In this document: one piece after another, positions 59,088 through 64,000 of the stretch
Numbering within the stretch: position 1 is the first letter of the stretch
How the letters are laid out: each line of letters opens with the position of its first letter
Assembly: GCA_039588295.1 (NCBI GenBank)
Contig: JBDHAB010000011.1
Coordinates: 13,676 to 77,675 of the forward strand
DNA from: Gemmatimonadota bacterium
GTDB taxonomy: Bacteria > Gemmatimonadota > Gemmatimonadetes > Gemmatimonadales > GWC2-71-9
DNA: 64,000 bases
Reading direction: 5' to 3'
Made by a program: the position numbers and the translations under genes
Notes under the pieces: model-generated
What the model was told of the DNA's origin: nothing
The model's database searches: none
The model's input: only the letters and a program-made list of their open reading frames with translations

Positions 59088-59510
59088 CTACTTTGCGAGC
59101 CGAAACTGAATCGGCACTTCCACGCGAACCCGAACCGCCTCTCCGTCGACAACCCCTGGTTCGAACCGGCTGTCCCGCAGCGCCTGGATGGCCGACTGCT
59201 CGAAGTCAGCGTGCGTGGAGCTCATCACCTCCACGGATCCTTCTTCAATCAGGCCATCCACGCCCACGATGCCCGCAAGCACGACCTTCCCCTCGACCCC
59301 CGCCTCTCGAAGCTCATTGGGATACTCGATCTCCCCACTCGAGAGCCGGCGCGGAGCTTGATCCACCACCGCTTCAGCGAATGTTGGCGCCTCGACCGCG
59401 GCGCTCGGCGGTTCCGACTCCGCCGCGATCGTGATCGGCTCGTCCCGGCACCCGAGCACCGCCGCGACCAGTACGATCGCGCGACCAATGCGCAAACCAT
59501 GCGACTGCAT
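59088..59510 (-). CDS. Lipoprotein consisting of a TonB C-terminal domain only
   Basis: Lipobox VLGC; YPNELREAGVEGKV..F..SRFEPG..PIQF; GGAGG RBS. Confidence 0.8.
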   Translation of the reverse strand: MQSHGLRIGRAIVLVAAVLGCRDEPITIAAESEPPSAAVEAPTFAEAVVDQAPRRLSSGEIEYPNELREAGVEGKVVLAGIVGVDGLIEEGSVEVMSSTHADFEQSAIQALRDSRFEPGVVDGEAVRVRVEVPIQFRLAK

Positions 59511-59697
59511 GATCACCCCTCCCGTATGAACCATGGTGTTGGAAGATTCAAAGTACGACGGCTTCGTTCCAGCCAGGTGACCGACACGTTACAAATCCCT
59601 AACACCCAAGCGCCGAAGAGGGCGCGGCCGCCATTCGATCCGCGACCGGGCCCACTAGCGTCTGAGCCGTGGAACCGTTACCTTTATGTTGCGTTAT

Positions 59698-59773
59698 GGC
59701 ACACGGAGTGCTGTGTGCCGAGTTTCGAGTGAACACCTGTGGGACCTCGCGACACGCGGGTCCCGCTTTTTTT
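59698..59773 (+). ncRNA. Candidate two-hairpin small RNA or leader ending in an intrinsic terminator
   Basis: GGCACACGG-AGTG-CTGTGTGCC, then GTGGGACC..GGTCCCGC followed by T7; no + strand gene ends immediately upstream. Confidence 0.4.
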
Positions 59774-59934
59774 GTTGTATAGCGAGCATTTTCGCCAGAT
59801 GGGAGCGGGCAAGATACCGCGACCTGACGGCAGCCCAACGCGGGGGTCAGTGACCGCGCAATCTGATGAACGATCGGTAAGTGCGGCACGCCCGGACTCC
59901 GACGCCATCAACACCACCATGAAGGAGTACGGGA

Positions 59935-60147
59935 ATGCGTACCAAAGGAACCGTGAAGTGGTTCAACGACGGCAAAGGCTTCGGCTTTATCACACGCGAG
60001 GATGGTGAGAAGGACTGCTTCGTCCACCACAACGCGATCCAGGGTGACGGCTTCAAGTCGTTGCGCGAGGGTCAGCGCGTGGAGTTCGACGTCGTGCAGG
60101 GCCAGAAGGGCCCGGCCGCGGAGAACGTCGCCGTGATCGACGGCTAA
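59935..60147 (+). CDS. cspA: Cold-shock protein (CspA family)
   Basis: GTVKWFN, KGFGFI (RNP1), FVHH (RNP2), GQKGPAA; paralog identity uncertain. Confidence 0.95.
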   Translation: MRTKGTVKWFNDGKGFGFITREDGEKDCFVHHNAIQGDGFKSLREGQRVEFDVVQGQKGPAAENVAVIDG

Positions 60148-60172
60148 CGCCACATTTCACGGAAGTAACACT

Positions 60173-60210
60173 TTGGCCGTCCCGAAACTTCGGGGCGGCC
60201 AATTTGTTTT
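60173..60210 (+). terminator. Intrinsic terminator after the csp gene
   Basis: TTGGCCGTCCCGAA-AC-TTCGGGGCGGCCAA followed by TTTGTTTT. Confidence 0.75.
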
Positions 60211-60213
60211 CGG

Positions 60214-61428
60214 TCACCGCGGCGAGGCGCGCACCTGGGCGGCGAGCCGGCGCGCGAACCCACCGCGACGGCCGACCGAAACGGCGTCCAGACCGAGCCA
60301 GGCCGCCATGGTCCACAGCTCAGCCGCGAGGCTCGGGGCAACCGTGTCCGGCTCACAGCCACGCTCGATGTATGCTGCTTGCACCCACAGACGGCGTCCC
60401 GGCCGGTCGGCCTTGAGATCGACCCTGGCCACCAACCGATCACCGAGCAGGAACGGCAAGACGTAGTACCCCCAGGTCCGCTTCGCCCGTGGCACGAATA
60501 TCTCAATGCGATAGTCGAACTCGAAGAGCCGCGCGACGCGCGGTCGGTACCAGACGACGGGATCGAACGGCGACAAGAGCGCCGCCGCCGCGATGCGTCG
60601 TGGAGTGCGGGCCTCCACATGAAGGAAAACCGGTTCACGCCAGCCCTCTACCCGTACCGCACGTAGCGCTCCCGCCGCCACCAGCGCATCGAGGTGCGGA
60701 CGGGCGTCCCGGACGGACATCCGGTAGTAGTCCGCCAGGTCGCCGGCGGTGCCGACACCGTGGGCCCGCGCGGCCAGTCGCAGGAGCTCGCGCTCCGCCT
60801 CGGCGCGTCCCACCGTGCGGGCGTACTGCTCTGTCGGGAGCACGCGCTCCGCCAGATCGAACACCCGCGCAAAGTTGGATTGTCGATCGGCGACCGCCAC
60901 CTTACCCCGAACGAACAGTGACTCGAGCGCGACCTTCGGGAACGTCCAGCCCCACTCCCGACCCCTGCGCCCCTCCGCGCCCACGGGTGCCGGAATGTCA
61001 TCCGCCGTCACCGGTCCGCGCGCGCGCACTTCCCGCAACACGCGCTCCACATATCGCGGGTGCTGCTGCAGAAACGCCGACAGGGCACGTATGCGACGAT
61101 CCTGTGTCTCGGCCCGATAGCGCAACAGCGGCCACCGCTCCACCGGCACGATCGAAGCCTCGTGCGCCCACTGCTCCGTGAACTCCCGGCGTCGATAGAC
61201 GAGCGCGTCGAGACGAGTCCGATCATACGTGCCCAGCCGAGAGAACAGCGGCTGGTAGTGCGCCGGCACGAGCACATTGACGTAATCGATTTGCAGCAGC
61301 CCCAGCTGTCGGATCGTACGGCGAACGTGACGCGCGTCGACCCGCACGCTCGGCCGAGGACGGTCGAACCCCTGCGCCGCCAGGGCAATGCGACGTGCCT
61401 CGCTCAGTGAGAGATCTTCGCGGGACAT
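60214..61428 (-). CDS. ycaQ: YcaQ/AlkZ family interstrand-crosslink repair DNA glycosylase
   Basis: LLQID (QxD), SRLG, WAHEAS, LLSPFD, YRIE, GYYVLP. Confidence 0.9.
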   Translation of the reverse strand: MSREDLSLSEARRIALAAQGFDRPRPSVRVDARHVRRTIRQLGLLQIDYVNVLVPAHYQPLFSRLGTYDRTRLDALVYRRREFTEQWAHEASIVPVERWPLLRYRAETQDRRIRALSAFLQQHPRYVERVLREVRARGPVTADDIPAPVGAEGRRGREWGWTFPKVALESLFVRGKVAVADRQSNFARVFDLAERVLPTEQYARTVGRAEAERELLRLAARAHGVGTAGDLADYYRMSVRDARPHLDALVAAGALRAVRVEGWREPVFLHVEARTPRRIAAAALLSPFDPVVWYRPRVARLFEFDYRIEIFVPRAKRTWGYYVLPFLLGDRLVARVDLKADRPGRRLWVQAAYIERGCEPDTVAPSLAAELWTMAAWLGLDAVSVGRRGGFARRLAAQVRASPR

Positions 61429-61639
61429 CGGCTCTGTTTCAAGTATGTCGTTCCGACGGTGTCCACAGCGCTCGGGAAGAAGCGCCTCACTGTAGAATAG
61501 GATCCGAACAGACGGCATGCCACCCGGATACGCACTCGAGCCGGCCGACCACACCGCTGGTTTCCCGCTGTAGACCTCGACGGCACAAGCTTGTTGATTA
61601 CTATGCTTGTCACCGAGTCAGGAACGCAGACCGAGACCC

Positions 61640-62302
61640 ATGCACTCACCAACGACGGCGGCGCGTTATTCCGTGGCGGAGGAGATCGCTCACGCGATCA
61701 CGCATGGCCTCGGCTTGGTGTTGAGCGTCGTGGCGCTCGTCGTCCTCGTGGTGTACGCCAGCGTCCGCGGCGATACCTGGCACATCGTCTCGTGCAGTAT
61801 CTACGGAACGACACTGATCGTGCTGTACGCGGCGTCGACGCTTTACCACTCGATCCCGTCGCCGCGGGCAAAGGCCGTGCTGCGCGTACTGGACCACGCC
61901 GCCATCTATGGCCTGATTGCGGGAACGTACACACCGTTCACGCTCGTCAACCTCCGCGGAGGGTGGGGCTGGACGCTGTTTGGAGTGGTGTGGGGCCTCG
62001 CCGCGGTCGGGATCGTGTTGGAGGCGCTGGCCAAGCCCCGGACTCGAGTCCTGTCGGTGGCCCTGTATCTCGCGCTTGGCTGGCTGGCGGCGATTGCAGT
62101 GAAGCCGCTGCTTGCCGCCGTGGCTACGGGTGGGCTCGTTCTGTTGCTGCTCGGAGGCCTGGCGTACACCGGAGGCGTCGTGTTCTACGGTTGGCGCCGG
62201 TTGCCATACCACCACGCGATCTGGCACGTCTTCGTCATGGTGGGAAGTGTGAGTCATTTCTTCGCGGTACTGTTCTACGTGATTCCGCGGACCGGCGCAT
62301 GA
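61640..62302 (+). CDS. Hemolysin III / PAQR family membrane protein
   Basis: EEIAHAITH, STLYH, LDHAAI, AGTYTP, HAIWH..H. Confidence 0.93.
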   Translation: MHSPTTAARYSVAEEIAHAITHGLGLVLSVVALVVLVVYASVRGDTWHIVSCSIYGTTLIVLYAASTLYHSIPSPRAKAVLRVLDHAAIYGLIAGTYTPFTLVNLRGGWGWTLFGVVWGLAAVGIVLEALAKPRTRVLSVALYLALGWLAAIAVKPLLAAVATGGLVLLLLGGLAYTGGVVFYGWRRLPYHHAIWHVFVMVGSVSHFFAVLFYVIPRTGA

Positions 62303-62335
62303 AGCACCACCGCAACCGCCATACAGCCGGGAGGC

Positions 62336-63097
62336 ATCATCGTTAGCCACACACGCACGTCGCGAGGTGCCCACGCCGTCATTTGGGATTTCGACGGCAC
62401 GCTGGTGGACACGCGGCGGAAGAACCTGGCCGTAACGCGAGCGATCGTCGAGACGATCACCGAACGACCGGCTTCCGCATTCGATGCGCTTCGGTCTCAA
62501 GCCGACTACGACGCCGCGCTGGCGCGCACCGTCAACTGGCGCGCATTCTACGCGCGAGCGTTCGGCATGACCGAGCCGCAGGTCGACCGCGCCGGCGCGC
62601 TCTGGGGGGAGTATCAGCTACAGGACCAAACGGAAACTCCCGCGTTCCCAGGTATCGCCGAGGCGTTGGAGGCGCTGACGCATCTGCCGCACGGCATCGT
62701 ATCCCAAAACGGAAGGTCCAACATCTGGACCATCCTGGAAACCACCAACCTCGCGCACCATTTCTCCGCCGTGATCGGCTATGAGGAGGTGGACCTCAAA
62801 CGGCAGAAGCCGGCGCCTGAGGGGCTGCTGCAATGTCTCGAGGCACTCACGCATCTCGAGCCTGGCTACGTGTTCTACATCGGCGATCACGCAACCGATG
62901 CGCTCTGCGCGGCCGAGGCACGAGCGGTACTTGCTGAGCGGAAAGTGAAGGTGGAAGTCGTGAGCGTCGGCGCGTTCTATGGCGTAGCGCCGCAGGACAC
63001 CTGGGCTGTCACCCCAGATCATGTGGCGCGGCGGCCGGCAGACATTGTGGGCATCATCCACCGGTACACCGCTTCCCCGCCCAAGCACGACACCTAG
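62336..63097 (+). CDS. HAD family hydrolase (phosphoglycolate phosphatase-like); start codon uncertain
   Basis: AVIWDFDGTLVD motif I at about 62375-62410 begins upstream of the first GTG (62405); VSQN, KPAP, YIGD..D. Confidence 0.8.
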   Translation: MIVSHTRTSRGAHAVIWDFDGTLVDTRRKNLAVTRAIVETITERPASAFDALRSQADYDAALARTVNWRAFYARAFGMTEPQVDRAGALWGEYQLQDQTETPAFPGIAEALEALTHLPHGIVSQNGRSNIWTILETTNLAHHFSAVIGYEEVDLKRQKPAPEGLLQCLEALTHLEPGYVFYIGDHATDALCAAEARAVLAERKVKVEVVSVGAFYGVAPQDTWAVTPDHVARRPADIVGIIHRYTASPPKHDT

Positions 63098-63137
63098 CGA
63101 GCGGTGCTGGAGAACCAGTCCACGCTATCGATACCCC

Positions 63138-63170
63138 AAAAAGAAACGAGCCCGGCCGAAGCCGGGCTCG
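63138..63170 (-). terminator. Intrinsic terminator of the TBDR gene
   Basis: Minus strand CGAGCCCGGC-TTCG-GCCGGGCTCG followed by TTTCTTTTT. Confidence 0.85.
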
Positions 63171-63196
63171 CGACGAAGGTGAACAACAGGTAGCCG

Positions 63197-64000
63197 TCAG
63201 TTAAACAGATAGCGCAGACCCACCTGAATCTGCCAACGCGACAGGATGCTCGGATCCGGGACGAACGTCTCGGACGGTCCGGTGAAGTTGAAGTGCGGTA
63301 CACCCTGTGGGTCGTCCGCTGGCGACAATGTCATCGTGAGCGGCGATGTAGCCGCCGGGCTCGCCACCTTCCGCACGCCCCAGTTCGAGTTGATCAGATT
63401 CCCAACGTTCAGGATGTCCACGCTTAGCTGGAATCCGTGGCGGGTGCCCCCCGCTTGGATGGCGAAGTCCTGCAGAACCCGAAGATCGACCGTCTGGTAC
63501 GTCGGGTTGAGCGCACCATGCCGCTCGGCGATCTCCCCGCGGTGCGCGCTCAGGTATCTGTCCTGCTCGATGAACGCGTCGAACGCATCCCACTGCTGTT
63601 GCGGCGTGGCGCCGGTGTTCGGATTCGGATCGAAGATGATCTCGCTCTGGTCGGCGGGAATGTAGATCATGTCATTGCCGCCGTACCCGTCTCCGTTCAC
63701 GTCACCGGAATAAATGAACGAATACCGGTTGCCGCCGGCTCCCGCGAAGCGGTTCCCCTGCCCAATTTCCAGGAAGACGCCGATCTGCGTTCGAGCGTTC
63801 TCGGACCAGTCCTTCGAATAGGTTGCTCCGCCCACGATGCGGTGCCGCTGGCCGAACTCGGAGTGGGAGAGCAACGGGTTGTTGGGATCGCCCTGTACCG
63901 GCTGGTTCTGCCACAACACGCTCGCAATCTCGGTGGACTTGAGGTTGTTCTTCGCCTCCGTGAAGCTGTACGAGAGCTGCGCGCTGAGCCCGAACGTGAA
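63197..64000 (-). CDS. TonB-dependent receptor (Oar-like), C-terminal part; gene extends past the right edge
   Basis: YSGDVNGDG, DLR..QDF, DILNVGNLINSNWG, SRWQIQVGLRYLFN. Confidence 0.85.
   Translation of the reverse strand, partial: FTFGLSAQLSYSFTEAKNNLKSTEIASVLWQNQPVQGDPNNPLLSHSEFGQRHRIVGGATYSKDWSENARTQIGVFLEIGQGNRFAGAGGNRYSFIYSGDVNGDGYGGNDMIYIPADQSEIIFDPNPNTGATPQQQWDAFDAFIEQDRYLSAHRGEIAERHGALNPTYQTVDLRVLQDFAIQAGGTRHGFQLSVDILNVGNLINSNWGVRKVASPAATSPLTMTLSPADDPQGVPHFNFTGPSETFVPDPSILSRWQIQVGLRYLFN

Noticed and set aside
1..64000. tRNA, rRNA, CRISPR, IS or prophage elements
   Set aside because: None recognised by eye; tRNAscan-SE and Infernal were not run.

Overview
GC-rich bacterial chromosome segment of about 55 genes. 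Kinase-TolB-TPR fusions, several TonB-domain proteins and TonB-dependent receptors suggest a Gemmatimonadota-like genome (inference). I saw no rRNA, tRNA, CRISPR array or transposase. Main points: (1) a four-gene cassette (left-handed beta-helix acyltransferase, prolyl-PCP dehydrogenase-like enzyme, stand-alone proline-type adenylation domain, carrier protein) with a sigma-54-like promoter and no PKS/NRPS partner, possibly a pyrrole-2-carboxyl transfer system; (2) an eight-gene oxidative glycoside-catabolism-like operon in which a Tat-anchored Gfo/Idh/MocA dehydrogenase carries a flavinylation-like DAVTSAT motif next to DoxX and a signal-less ApbE; (3) a UXX-star-type glutaredoxin-like selenoprotein missed by the ORF track, with an in-frame UGA, a SECIS-like hairpin and an internal frameshift; (4) a frameshifted BTAD-kinase-TM-TPR gene and an orphan paralogous fragment of it; (5) four atypical TonB C-terminal-domain proteins; (6) a patatin/MpaB-oxygenase/flavin-reductase/TBDR locus. 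All family calls come from motif reading by eye, without database searches.
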